Assembly (NCBI GenBank): GCA_977017645.1
Contig: OZ360229.1
Span: 89,528,001 to 89,592,000 of the forward strand
From: Torpedo marmorata
Lineage: Eukaryota
DNA length: 64,000 nt
Direction of reading: 5' to 3'
The notes below the pieces were generated by a model that ran no database searches, was not told the origin of the DNA, and was given only the letters and a program-made list of their open reading frames with translations. Shown here in pieces: positions 37,862 to 51,052 of this stretch. Made by a program: the position numbers and the translations under genes. How positions within the stretch are numbered: position 1 is the stretch's first letter; each line of letters opens with the position of its first letter.

Positions 37862-40512
37862 CTGAGATTTTGTTGGGTTAGCAATTTTTAATGACTTGTT
37901 CTTTTCAATCTTGCAAAGCTGTGCTTTAGCCTTTCTCAAAAGGTTTGCCACCCGCTTATCAGTTGTTGGCATTTTGTCTGCTTGTGCTAGCATGCTACTA
38001 ATAGCGGGTGCAGAATGCTTAAGAGTGCCAGATGAGAGCATGGAGGTTATAGAAGAATGTCGAGGAGACTTATCCTTGTTGCCTATGGATGCAGCTGCAC
38101 TGCTTTCTGTTCCACCAGTTACAGGCGCTATCTCTTCAGTTCCAGGTCGGCCTTTCTTTGAGTTTTTGTTCTTTGTATCGGAGGGAATTGAGGAAGGACC
38201 ATCCCCCAAACTCCCTGTACTTTTATCTGTTGAACTTGACTTTTTGGCTCTCCCTGAAACTTTTTTAATTGAAGAGGAGGCAGCCACATCCTCTGCAGCA
38301 GTTCGGTCCTCATCCACTGCAATTGGGAAAAGGAACAACGGTGCAGGGCTCTGAGGATCTGCCCCCTTACTCTGCAATTTCTTTTCCTTCCTCGTTTCTC
38401 GTTTATTTTCCTTTTCTTTATCTCGTTCTCTGTCTTTTTCTGACCCTTTCTCAGAATCTCTCTCTTTGAGCATATCTTCAGTTTGCTTCTCCCTACTCTT
38501 GACTTTTTCCTTTTGGGCACTGAGTGCTAATGATGGAAACAATGGAGATGATGGACTGGCTGAGTCTGCAGAAAAGCTATCCCCCGGAGTGCTGGTCTGT
38601 CGAGATGCTAGTTTAGTTCTACCATCTTTATCCTTTGATGCGGCTTCAGATTGCACCAAACCACCAAGAGGGGGAGTTAAGGCACCAACTAGTATGGAGC
38701 TTACAGGAGACAAGGATGTTACAGGTGTTTGTGGAGTGATTGGTGACAGATCTGCAGAAATTAGTCGTCCACTTCTGGTTCTCATGGAGTGCGATGGGGA
38801 TTTTGGATCAATCCGGCTTGAAATATGCAACTCTTTGTTCTTCCTTTTGGAAGAATGCCCTTTACCAGAGGCAGAAACTGAAGATCGAACCAGACTGCGG
38901 GGTGATACAGTAACAGACTCAAAAATCCTGGAGTGTGCTTCACTAGGAGTGAATCGTGGAGCACGGAGCAGTGGACTTCTCTTATGAGTATCAAACCTGG
39001 AGGTAGGGTGAAGTGAAGAGAAAAAACGAGGTGGTGGTGTGCTGGAAGATGAATGAAACCTGGATGACAAACCAACATCTTCAGGAGTTAGAGGTGAGGT
39101 TATGAAGTTATCGAATATTGGCTTCCGAATAAGACCTTCTTTGGCATACTTTGCTGAAGAGAAGTACTGATGCGATTCTGGCCTCAGATTTTTGAGGGAC
39201 GTCCACTTAAATGTTGGCTCTCTTAAGATAGACTTCCGTTTTTCTGGCAGGCTTGTTGGTGGTGAAATGAATGGTATGGTTTGAGGCATCAGCCAGGGAG
39301 AATGATCAGATATGTTTGAAGTTTGCTGAAGAGGAGGAGGAGGAGGAGAAAGCAGGGGTGGCGGAGGAGAAGAGGATGTTGGCTGTGGTGAAGAAGTTGG
39401 CAATTTCTTTGTATTATTTGTTTTTTCTGCCATTGAAAATCGGTGACCCTTTTTCTCTATCCCTCCTGGCTCACTGGATTGTGAGGCATTTAAGCAACTG
39501 TGCAAATCAGCTGACTGAGTTGGTTCTTCGGGAAGCGTCTGCAATTCATCAGATACCTGTGAATCAGTGGAGGTAACACTGGGGCTGCTTGATCTTGAAG
39601 AGTCAGAAGATATTTGTGAAGAATGTTGTGAAACAGCACTAGACTTCTCACTAGACCCACAAGATATTGAGCTGAATCGACTTGTTGGAGTTGACTCCAG
39701 ACGTGGAGCTTTGACAGGAGGTACATAGCTGTCATCTTCAATAAATCTTTTTGGAGTCTTAATTATTCTTGAAGAAATAGCACTGATGACTGGCATGATA
39801 AACTGACGTATATTTTTCAGTTGAGGTGAAGCCATGCGTTTCTGAGCACCTTTTTTGGCTCGCTGCAAGAGTTGCTTTGCAATAGTTGCATCAGTCCTTT
39901 TCGTGACAGGAACAACTCTGACTGGTTTGGTTATCCGGCGGGGCCTCTGTCTGACAGCAGACTTCATTTCCTTTGTCATGGATGACTTTTGCGTGTGTGT
40001 GCCATCTTTCTCCTTGCGTAGTCTCTTTTGTTGCTTGGTTTGTGCTGGAACAAGGAGTTTTGAAACAGTCTTCAATCGCTCTGAAGACGGCGGTCTCCCT
40101 CGCTTACGTTCAATCTTGCCCCCATTGCTATTAATCTGTAGTTTAGCTTTCTTTAATTTGGATTGCAAAGGTGACAGTTTAACTACTCTTAGTTTCTTTA
40201 TTTTTGTTACCTGCTGCAACAACACAGGTTTCTTCTTCATTTTCTTTTCTTTTTCATTTTTTTGTTTCTCTGTTTTCCCATTTGCTGTTTCTTTCTTGTC
40301 TTGTGTGACTTGAAGTTTTGGATTGCTTAACACTGGAGGCCGACCCCTCTTTCTCTCACTGGTGTTTAATTCTTGCTTCTTTTCTTTTTCAACAGGCTTC
40401 AACTCAAGCTTGTTTGGAGGTGACAATGCGGAGGACGAATCTGATAATACATCCGAGCTTTGAGAAGAAAAAGTCCGTTGTCTTCCCCGAAGCTTCCTTT
40501 GAGGAGATTCAA
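37862..40512 (-). CDS. KMT2A: KMT2A exon 3 equivalent (large exon: AT-hooks, SNL1/SNL2)
   Basis: 2651 nt, AG/GT, phase 1 to 0. Contains RKRGRPP x2, QFIMPVISAISSRIIKTPKRFIED, KYAKEGLIRKPIFDNF, SPLLRAPRFTPSEAHSRIFESV and KRVANLLRKAKAQLCKIEK. Confidence 0.98.
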
Positions 40513-40929
40513 CTATAAATTAAAGATAATTTTTAATTAGATGTAATGAAAAAATCAACCATTGCAATCTAATCGTTGTAAACATTTTTTAAATCAGCCA
40601 GAGTAACAATGATTAAATGCACCAATGCTGAAAATCCAAGTTTTTAAATCAGTGCAATGTAAACAGAAGTTGCGTACATCTCCAAAAATCAGAAATATGA
40701 TTTGAGAAGAAATTATTCTTATTCTCATGCAAGTCAACTTTTGGAGACTCAGCGACCTCCACTGCTTTGAGCATTTCAACAATTAAAAGAATCTTATTTT
40801 ATTCCTTTTAAGTCCAAAGTGGATCTCATGTTTTAAAAATGAAATTCATTTGCCTTAATTTTGTCAAGTAATGAAAGTAATCAGAGAACACTCCAGAAAT
40901 TAATCAAAAATAAAATCCAAAAATTTCAA

Positions 40930-41195
40930 ATTTAATTTTAATTTTTTAATTTAGACATACAGCACGGTACCAGGCCATTTCAGCCCACGAGTCCGTGCTG
41001 CCAATTTACACCCAATTAACCTACACCCCCAGTTCATTTTGAAGGGTGGGAGGAAACCAGAGCCCCCGGGGAAAACCCACGCAGACACAGGGAGACCATA
41101 CAAACTCCTTACAGACAGCGCGGGATTCAAACTCCAGTCCCAATTGCTGGTGCTGTAAAGGCGTTGCGCTAACCGCTACGCCAACCGTGCCACCC
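40930..41195 (-). mobile_element. V-SINE (HE1-like)
   Basis: Reverse complement of the 4713-type SINE, with an (AAATTA)n-like tail. Confidence 0.9.
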
Positions 41196-41502
41196 TTTAG
41201 GCAATGCATTTCTCCACACTTTCACATTTAACATTCCATTACATCTAATTCCAGACAAAACATTAAAAACGTAGTATAAAGTTGTAACCTCAGTAAAGCT
41301 GAATGTGTAAAATTCCAAATATTTATAACCACTGGATTTAAATTTAATGGCAGTCAAAAGCTTGGAGCAATTACATTTATTACCTATAATATGAGCATAG
41401 CAAATGCAGTGAATGATTCCAAAACCTGAAAATGGTATTATGTCACTTATTGTCCCACTAACACAAGCAACACTTTGAAGCTGGCCGTTATAAAATTCTC
41501 TT

Positions 41503-43365
41503 TTTTTAAAAAAATATTTTATTTAAAATTTTTAAATCACAAAATACATAAAATAAAATATAAAATTATCAAAGTATTTGTGATACATTTTCACCCCCCC
41601 TCCCCAACCCCACTAATCTAATAAAAATAAAAATATAAAATAAAAATAGAAAAAGAAGAAAAAAGAAAGAAAAAGATAGAGTAAGGAGAATACCAATCTA
41701 TAAACTAATTCTATTATGGAGGTCAAGTATGCCAGTAGATCTGATATCCAGAGATCTTCAAATCCTTAAACCAACAACTTTCATATATGGGCTCCAAATT
41801 TTTAAGAAAAAATGATATTTGTTACGTAAATTATAAGTAATTTTTTCAAGTGGTATACACAAACGAAGTTCTGCATGCCATCTTTCTAATCCTAAATCTA
41901 AATCAGATTTCCAAGTAATAGCAATACATTTCTTTGAAACAGCTAAAGCAATTAGCAAAAATTCTATTTGATACATATTTAATTTCATCTTAATACTAAA
42001 TTTTCTAATATCTCCAAACAAAAATATCATAGGATCCATTGGAAATGTAATCTTAAATACTTTATCTAAAATTTTTTAACTTTCAACCAAAAATCATAAA
42101 CTTTTGGACAAAACCATGTAGAATGTACAAAAGACCCTTCCTCTTTATTACATCTAAAACATAAACCTGATAATGTCGGATTAAATTTCTTTAGTTTTTT
42201 AGGTGTTAAATATAATTGATGAAAAAAATTGTATTGTACTAATCTATATCTAACATTAATAATCTTCGTCATACTTAATTTACATAATTCTTTCCAATGA
42301 TTTTCATCTATTCTTACATTCAAATCTAATTCCCATTTTAATCTTGATTTATGAATTCCTACTTTAGGCATTTTCCTCTGAAACAATTTATATATTTGAG
42401 AAATAAATTTATTGACGTCTCCTTTAGTAACTAATAATTCTAATTCATTCTGTCTTGGTAAAATCAAAGCATAACCTAATTTCTCAATCAGAAAAGCTCT
42501 AATTTGATAAGAAAAAAGTGTATTATCCAATATATTAAATTTATCTTTCATTCTTTGAAAAGTAATAAATTTCCCAGGTTCAAAACAATCATTAATTTTC
42601 TTAATTCCTTTTTGAAACCAAATTTTAAATAATTGATTATTAATAGTAAATGGAATAAGTCAATTTTGATATAAAGGCATCCTTGAAGAAATCAATCCTT
42701 TTCCTCCTATTTCCTTATCTGTCTTATTCCATATTTCTAACAAATGTTTAAAAATAGGCAAATTTTTATTTCTTGTTGATATTAATTTAGAATCCCATTT
42801 ATAAATAACTTCTTCTTTGGAATCTTCTCCTATATTATTTAATTCTATTTTAATCCAAGCAGAAAATTTAGTTGAATCAAAAAATTCATTAACAAATTTT
42901 AGTTGAGCTGCTTTATAATAATTTTGGAAAATAGGAAGTTGTGAACCACCCATTTCATAATTCCAAGTTAATTTTTCCATACCTACTCTTGCTAACTTTC
43001 CTTTCCATAAAAATTTTCTAATAATTGAATTTAAATCTTTAAAAGATTTTTGAGGAATTTCATAAGGAATTGATTGAAAAAGATATTGAATTCTTAGAAA
43101 AACATTCATTTTAATACAATTTACTCTTCCCATTAAAGTTATAGGTAAATCTTTCCAATTTTCTAAATCTTTCTTTATTTTCACAAATAATGGTAAATAA
43201 TTTAAGTTGTATAAATTAGCCAATTTTGTGTCAACCTTTATTCCCAAATATTTAATTCCTTCCTTTGCCCATTTAAATTGTGTAATTTCTTTACATCTAC
43301 TATAATCCCCTTGTGATAATGCCATAATTTCACTTTTATCAGAATTAATTTTATATCCAGATATT
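41503..43365 (-). mobile_element. 5'-truncated L1-clade LINE, same family as the 29209 copy
   Basis: IKYLGI, LPITLMGRVNCIKMN, CFRC..EEGSFVHSTWFC. A-rich tail. 15-bp TSD TTATAAAATTCTCTT (41488-41502, 43366-43380). Confidence 0.95.
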
Positions 43366-43649
43366 TTATAAAATTCTCTTGAAGTATATAACTACTTCCA
43401 ATTTATGATACTTTTAAATAAAAGCGGCTGCAAAAATGCTCTCAAATAATTCATGTTTTACTCTTAGAAGACATAGTTAGAGCATTGTGCCATAAGTAGC
43501 AGCAATGTCTGCTGGCTTCAAGCGTGTGGATGGCTTCAAGTGGTGCATGGCCTAAATAGGATCACCATTCCTCTTCCTGCAGTATTGTAGGCCAGCTTCA
43601 TGTAGTAATCAGTCAATTATACCTTCCCAAATCAACATGCCTCTCCACA

Positions 43650-44610
43650 GTGAAGCTAAACAAATTTGCAGATGACACTAAGATTGCAGGTGTTGTGGAC
43701 AGCAAAGAAGGTTTTAAAAGCTTGCAGAGGGATCTGGACCAGCTGGTAAAATGGACTGAAAAATGGCAGATGGAGTTTAATGCAGAAAAGTGTGAGGTGT
43801 TGCATTTTGGAAGGACAAACCAAGAAAGGACATACACGGTAAATGGTAGGGCACTGAGTAGTGCGGTAGAACAGAGGGATCTGGGAATACAGATACCTGT
43901 ACATAATTCCCTGAAAGTGGCATCACAGGTGGATAGGGTTGTAAAGAGAGCTTTTGGCATATTGGCCTTCATAAATCAAAGTATTGAGTACAGGAGTTGG
44001 GATGTTATGTTAAAGTTGTATAAGACATTGATGAGGCCAAATTTGGAATATTGTGTGCAGTTTTGTCACCTAACTACAGGAAAGATATCAATAAGATGGA
44101 AAGAGTAGAGAAGATTTACTTGGATGTTGCTCGGACTTCAGGAACTGAGTTACAGGGAAAGGTTAAACAGGTTAAGACTTTATTCCCTGGAGCATAGAAG
44201 AATGAGGGGAGATTTGATAGTATTTAAGATTATGAGGGGAGATTTGATAGTATTTAAGATTATGAGGGGAATAGACAAGAGTAAATGTAGATTGGCTTTT
44301 TCCACTGAGGGTAGATTATACAAACCAGAGGACATGGGTTAAGGGTGAAAGGGGAAAAGTTTAGGCGGAACATGAGGGGGAACTTCTTCACAAAGAGAGT
44401 GATGGGAGTGTGGAACGAGCTTCCAGCTGAAGTTGTAAATGCGGGCTCAATTTTAACATTTAAGAATTTGGACAGGTACATGGATGGGAGAGGTATGGAG
44501 GGCTATGGGCTGGGTGCAGGTCAATGGGACGAGAAAAAGAGATGGTTCGGCACAGACTAGAGGGGCCGAGGTGGACTGTTTCTGTGCTGTAATTGTTCTA
44601 TGGTTCTATT
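43650..44610 (+). mobile_element. 5'-truncated CR1 LINE
   Basis: KFADDTK, QMEFNAEKCEVLHFG, MRPNLEYCVQF. Tail GTTCTATGGTTCTAT. Internal 30-bp tandem duplication at 44202-44270. Confidence 0.93.
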
Positions 44611-45293
44611 TCAGCCCAGTAAGTGTTTAATAAATAACAAATTATTTATGCCAACACTATTTTAATATATTTGTGAAATTTAATGGGTGAAAAATCTAAT
44701 TGTGTTTGAGAACTGGGGCTATACTAGTTTTATTATCCTCTGAATTTCTCAAGAAGCCATTCCTAATACCTTCCTGCCAAAATATCAAAAATGGGGCCAG
44801 GAAATACTTTCAGTTCTAGTACAGAATTTAAGATCATTCCTTTCTATTATGTCATGAAGATTAAAGAAATGAGTCACTTAGTTGCAATGATTGCATCTCC
44901 AATGAAGCATTAAACAAGGAGGGTAGAAATAAAACAAGAAAGAGGAAAAAATGGCTTTGACTAAGTCACCATCTTTATGTGGCAACACTTACGAGAAAAC
45001 AGGCATGGAGATAACAAATACAGTTTCAGTTTTGATACAATATGTAGAACTATCCAGCTCCCACAGGATGACTAGCCAATTGGTTAGTTCGTGTGTGAGA
45101 TGTTGAAATCTATGAAATTATACTCTGTGGTAATCAGGATCTGCATCACGCAGAAATCGAAGGAACATTGGGAGGCAATTTCAGAATTGTAACTTGAACG
45201 AATGAAATTAAACCTTAAAAACAAACTTTACTGGTTGAATTTTAAAGATTGATGCATTATGTTGAAAGAACATGCGGAAAAGATGACAATTAC

Positions 45294-45372
45294 CTCGCAG
45301 GGATCTGAAATGACACCTTGCAGGGCTCCGTACACTGTTGTCATCTGAGCAGAAACCCAAAAACTGTTCATC
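45294..45372 (-). CDS. KMT2A: KMT2A exon 2 equivalent
   Basis: 79 nt, AG/GT, phase 0 to 1. DEQFLGFCSDDNSVRSPARCHFRSLR (FLGF motif of the LEDGF-binding region). Confidence 0.93.
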
Positions 45373-47131
45373 CTGAATGTAAAATATAATCAAAATATAA
45401 TACTGTATCAGAAAAAAACATTTTAGAAATGCTGATTTCACTTAGATTGATTTTAATGGCAACAAATCATTTTAACTTTTAGAGGATCGTCTAACAGAGT
45501 AACATCATCCTCACAGTGGAGAGGCTCCAACCTCACTTATGCACGGCCAGTAGTTTGATCAACATGCATCTGAATAAAGATTACAGGACAAAGGTCTGAA
45601 AACTAGAATGATAACCACTAACATAATAAATCTGCCAAGCAAGAGAAAAACAAAATTGCTTTGATGACGTCTTTCAAATATTTAGGGGACTAAGTTTATT
45701 GTGCCCAACTAATTTCTTTTCAGTTGCATTGTCAGAACTGGACACAGCAAACTCTGAAAACCTTAAACTATTAAAGATCTGTTTATAAGAAAAACATCTA
45801 AAGTATTGGCTTGCAGTGACTGTTAAGTCTCATTCAAATTAGTTTTCAATATTTATTTCTGGACAAGGTACCATATTTGCAGAGCAGAACAGATTTTCCC
45901 CTCTGTGCAAAAATCAATGCTCAACAGTCATTACAGAAAACAGACAAGCTGCATCAGTCTTTCAAAAGACCCATACTGGCCCTGGATCTACAGGTTTCAG
46001 TGTACAATATCTCCTATAATGAGTAGTCACTGGCACTTCAAATACTTGTTGGTTCCTTTACATGTTATGCCATCTTGTCTGTTCAAGCTAAATTAAATTA
46101 ATGTCACCTGGTTCTCAATAGAGTTTTCTTTTTTGCCTTATGCTCCCATTCTTATTTGCATTGATTAATTTTTATCCACGTTTCACATGTTCTCAAAAAG
46201 GTTCATATTATATTATTCCCCTCACATATTAGATCAAAACTGCAGGAAAAATAGATCCATGAACAGAATGGATGCTGACCCCAGGTCAAATCCTGAAAGA
46301 GGCAGGGGGAGGAGGAACTTGGAGCCAAGTTAAAATAATGAATAATGAAATGTGGTAACCATCTGCAATAAATCAATTTCAACATTAGAAACACATGTAT
46401 TAGAATGTTTAAAAGACAGCTAAGCACTGAAGTCCAATGGGAGTTAAACTTCCATTCTAAATACAACTTCATTCTTTAAATTTTCTCTCAGTAGGCTCTT
46501 CTTGCAATTTCCTGCCCAGTCACCAAGATTGATGGTTACTCTCACTGTACATGGACTCTAATAATTGTTATTAATATTACACGATCACTTCCACAAACCG
46601 AACTCAAATTCTGTGCTCAAATCAAATCTTGTAGACTGAAGTTCTAGATCACTGAGGTTGGATATATCCAGTCCTGTTTCCCCAATGAAAAGGTGAATGG
46701 CTCCTCACATTTCGAGCAGCCACCACTCATTAGCATAATGTAGTTTGCTCAACAATACATCCTCATCCTGCATAGTTTCATTAACCCGAGCAATCCACGT
46801 TTGATTACATAATTCATTTCAATACATTAATTTGTGGCAAGATCTGGAATGGTCAAAGACATGCAAGGGTCATTTTCTTTCCAAATTTCCGTCTCTCAGA
46901 AAATAACAGGACTAAATAGCATTTTTAAGAGGTAAATCATCATCAGTAAACAAATAATTGTAAAATTAGGAAGAGTTAAAGATTCTCCTTTCCCAAAAGT
47001 AACTATAAAAGCAAAAGAAAATGAAATGGAAATTCACAATGCAATAGTCACAAATGGAACAAGGACAGATAAAGCAAGAATTAGCTTATTAGCCAGTATC
47101 TATGATATCCATTTAATTTAGGTTAGAGATA

Positions 47132-47766
47132 AGATTCAAGATTCCTTTATTGTCATGTAATAGTACAGAACATGTAATATTACACAAAATTGGCTTCTGC
47201 CTGCTGAAAGAGTCGCCATTAGTGTCGCCCGGCGGCCCTTACAGTACGAGAGAAAGATAAGGAAGAGTCCCTTCATGCAGTCACTGAGTTTCCGTGGATT
47301 CACCTCCAGCGCTCCCGCAGCCTCTGCAATTGCAGACTCCAGTTCAAACCATCGGCAACCCGAGCTCCAGATCCAAACCTCTAACACAATCAGGAAGCCT
47401 TCAGTGCCATAGGCCCTTCAGGAGCCTTTCTTGCCCTTAGCACCCTCTTGAATCCCAACTCAGATACCTGCTCCCGTGGGCCAGTCCCCAGCAGCCCGCA
47501 GCCTGTGCGGGTCCCATGACCGCAAGTTGCCCACAGCCTATGTGGGCCACTGAGCACCTCGCTGGTCCACTGCCGTGGTCACTGCCTGTAGGGTCCTTCA
47601 ACCGCTGAGCCCTCGCTGGTCTGCTGCCGTGATCACCATTCTGTAGGGTCGTCTCCTCTGCTTCTCCTTCTCAACGTGGGGTGTCATCCCAGTGTCTGAT
47701 GCCCTGCTGCTCCCCAGAGTCTGCAACCCCTCGTGGTTGTTGCTGAACACAGGTGCCACCATCTTG
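47132..47766 (-). mobile_element. GC-rich non-autonomous retroelement (family X) with (GAATCTT)n tail
   Basis: Homologous to 51053-51490 (CAAACCATCGGCAACCCGAGCTCCAGATCC). Starts AAGATGGTGGC and ends GACAATAAAG(GAATCTT)2. Confidence 0.75.
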
Positions 47767-47767
47767 T

Positions 47768-47975
47768 AAACAGGCCCTTCCGCCCATGAGCCTGTGCCGC
47801 CCAAATACACCCATATGACCAATTAACCTAGAATATCTTTGGAACGTGGAAGGAAACTGGAACACCCGGAGGAAATCCACATGATCATGGGGAGAATATA
47901 CAAACTCCTTAAAGACAGCGATGGGTTCAAACCCAGGTTGCTGGCGCTGTAATAGTGTTGCACTAACCATTACAC
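47768..47975 (-). mobile_element. V-SINE (HE1-like) interrupted near its 3' end by family X
   Basis: Head and V-domain are present. The residual tail TATCTCTAACCTAAATTAAA lies at 47112-47131. Confidence 0.8.
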
Positions 47976-48185
47976 TAGAAGTTATCTTTGTCTTTACAGC
48001 ATGAATATAATTTTATTCACTTTAACACCAAGGAGAATGTGCATTTGCAGAGAATTTTCCCTTGTTTTTCAGGAGCAGGAAATATATGTCTTCAATGTGA
48101 GTAGTCTTGCATGCAAGTTTTTATTCCAACATTTTTTGTGATTATTCTAGCTTTAAAAGGTATAATGGTTTGTGGGAAATTAAAG

Positions 48186-48217
<32 letters not shown>

Positions 48218-48974
48218 ATGTCTTGCCAGTGGACAACCCTAATTATTTTACAAATTATTTGTAAACACTGATAGAAAAAGAAAAAGCCATGTTTTCTGTA
48301 CCCACTCAAATCTATCATGCAGAAAAAAGGCTTTACATTATCTATTAATCACACCAACCCACAAGCATCGAGAAAAAAATTCAATTGCCACTGAATTTGT
48401 GAAATGCAAAACCAGGTAGATTACCAAGCATATTTTAGTGGTGTATCATTTCAATGTGGCCTAAATTAGTTGCATTTTCTCTTGTACCCACCTTTACTTC
48501 TGATTTCACATTATTTTGTTCTCCAGTTCAAAATATTTCTTTATAAGCTCTTCCTTATTCTCATTTGATTCCCAATTATGCTATGCAAGACCACATATTC
48601 TTACAGCATTACCTGATGTATGTTTATGCATCTAAATGGCTATAAACATACAGCAATGGATTTAGCGAAAAACAGCTTAAGATCTTCTCAAAGCATAGTG
48701 CAAGCAATCCATTTTCCATCACACAGCCTAAAATAATTTGAGATGAATCGAGGCAGAGTAAGCTTAATGCTCACCAAGCAAATAGATGAGTTATAAAAAG
48801 TTGTTAATGAGTATTGCTATTGAGAGGTAAAAATTCACAGAATGGTTATAGCATGGAAGGAAGCCAGAAATAAAGGACGTAATCCCATTCTCCATCCTTT
48901 CCCAATAGCCTGCAAATTCCTTCCTTTCAGTTACTTATCCAGCTCTCTTATGAACACTACAGTTCAACCTCCCT

Positions 48975-50015
48975 ACACTATTACTCCATCAGTACCGGAG
49001 CACCACAGGGCTGCATTCTTAGTCCCCTGCTCTACTCGCTATACACCAATGACTGTGTGGCTCGGTATGACAACAACACCATTTACAAATTCACTGACAA
49101 TACCATGGTAGCGGTTGTCTGAAAAGGGGTGATGAGTCAGCATACAGGAGGGTGATTGAAAACTTGGCTGAATGGTGCACCAACAACAACCTCACACTCA
49201 ATGTCACCAAAACCAAGGAGCTGATTATTGACTTCAGGAAGGGAAAACTGAATGTGTACAATCCAGTGATCATTGGGGGATCAGAGGTGGAGAGGGTGAG
49301 CAAATTTAAGTTCTTGGGAGTCACTATCTAGGAGGATCTTTCCTGGACCCAACACACTAATGGCATTATGAAGAAAGCACGTCAGCGCCTCCACTTCCTC
49401 AAGAGCTTGCAGAGGTTTGGTATGACATCTTAAACCTTAGCAAATTTCTACAGAGGTGTGGGGAAAGTGCGCTAACCAGCTGCATCACAGTCTGGTACAG
49501 GGACACCAATACCGCTAAGCGGAGAGCCCTACAAAAGGTAGTTGGCACAACCCAGAACATCACAGGGAAAACCCTTCCCACTATCAAGAACATCTACAGG
49601 GAATGTTACCGTCGGAGAGCAGCAACAATCATCAAGGATCCACACCACCCAGCACACGCTCTGTTCTCACTGCTACCATCAGGAAAGAGGTATAGGTGCC
49701 ACAAGACTCACACTACCAAGTTCAGGAACAGCTGCTACCCCACACCCCCCCCCCCCCACTACCATCAGATTCCTCAACAACAAACTCAATCAGGGACCCA
49801 TTTAAGGACTCTTACTTTTGCACTTTATTGATTTTTTCTCTCTGCATTGCAGTTTGTTTACATTTGTTTATTCGTTTACATGTATATGTATCTTCTTGAG
49901 TACAGTTTTTTGCACTACCAATAAGTGGTAATTATCCCTCCCCCACAGGAAAAAGAATCTCAGGGTTGTACGTGATGTCATGTATGTACTCTGATAATAA
50001 ATCTGAACTTTGAAC
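48975..50015 (+). mobile_element. 5'-truncated Rex1/Babar LINE, degraded
   Basis: STGAPQGCILSPLLYSLYT, KTKELIIDFRK, FKFLG and KDPHHPAH.LFSLLPSGKRYR. Tail AATAAATCTGAACTTTGAAC. Confidence 0.9.
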
Positions 50016-50499
50016 TGCTAACAGTGCACCTACACCAAATGAGGAAAAATAAGTTATAATGGTTCATCTTGTAATTATCCAATGAGCTGTTTTAGATGAA
50101 GCACTTGTGAAAATTGGATTATGCAACCCACAATCAAATATCCACTTGTATATCTCTTTCTAAGCACTGTCAACATTCATGTAAACAACGCAGTATAAAA
50201 CATGCTTCCCTGAAAGCAATGATTCTTTTATGATAGCATCACTCCATAGAACTGAACTAAGATCTGGAGTCACAAGTACAAATCAATAACAAATGCAAAA
50301 TTTAAATATAGCTAAATAGTTACTGCTTTTTTTTTTGCTGGATAAAGATTGTGCATAATTGAGAGTTAACGCCTTGGGACCATCTTTAGTGCAATTTATC
50401 TGATGTCATGGAAACTAAGAGTTAAAATACGGCAGATGTACGTGAAATTGAGGGTATACAGCTGAGGGCTGAGTTAATGGCAGTAGCAAGAGAGAAGTA

Positions 50500-50800
50500 T
50501 CTTTCCCTCATCCCTCTGTGTCCATTCTTCCAGCTCCCCACCCCCTTCCCTTCCTTCTCATAACAGAGCTATCTTTCTTAGCCATCTGCCTTATCACTTC
50601 TCAGCTCCTTTCTCTTCTAACCTTCTATCTGTATCCACCCATTACCTCTTACCTGTTAGCCTGTGCTCTTTGCCCCCCAACCCCCCCACCTTTTTATTCA
50701 ATGCTCCTGATGAAAAGTTCAGGCCTGAAATGTCAGCTACCTTCTATTTCCTATGAACGATGTGTAACCTAATGAGTGTCTCCAACGCTTTTGTACACTG
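50500..50800 (+). mobile_element. Penelope-like 3' region/pseudo-LTR, degraded
   Basis: Reverse-complement homolog of 24540-24880, including CTGATGA...GAAATGTC. Confidence 0.65.
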
Positions 50801-51052
50801 CTACTTCAAATAGATTTGCTTTATAAGTAAAGCTGCATTAATTCTATTTTTCTGCTGTCATCACAATATATCACACAACATACTAAACTTTTGCTTTGCA
50901 TAGAATAGGCACAATTTATCTTCCTATCCACCTTTCAATAGATCTTAGTAGTTTAACAGACATGGAGTTTAAGTACCGTATATCAGAATCAGGTTTATTG
51001 TCATGAAATTTGATGTTTTCCCACAGCAGTATGGTGCAGAACAAGGTCCAAA

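Noticed and set aside
37896-40518. Several plus-strand ORFs of 100-170 aa and alternative-frame ORFs
   Set aside because: These are antisense or frame shadows of the Ser/Lys/Pro-rich exon 3.
48187-48212. Poly-T run as a retroposon tail
   Set aside because: No recognisable element body or TSD is adjacent.
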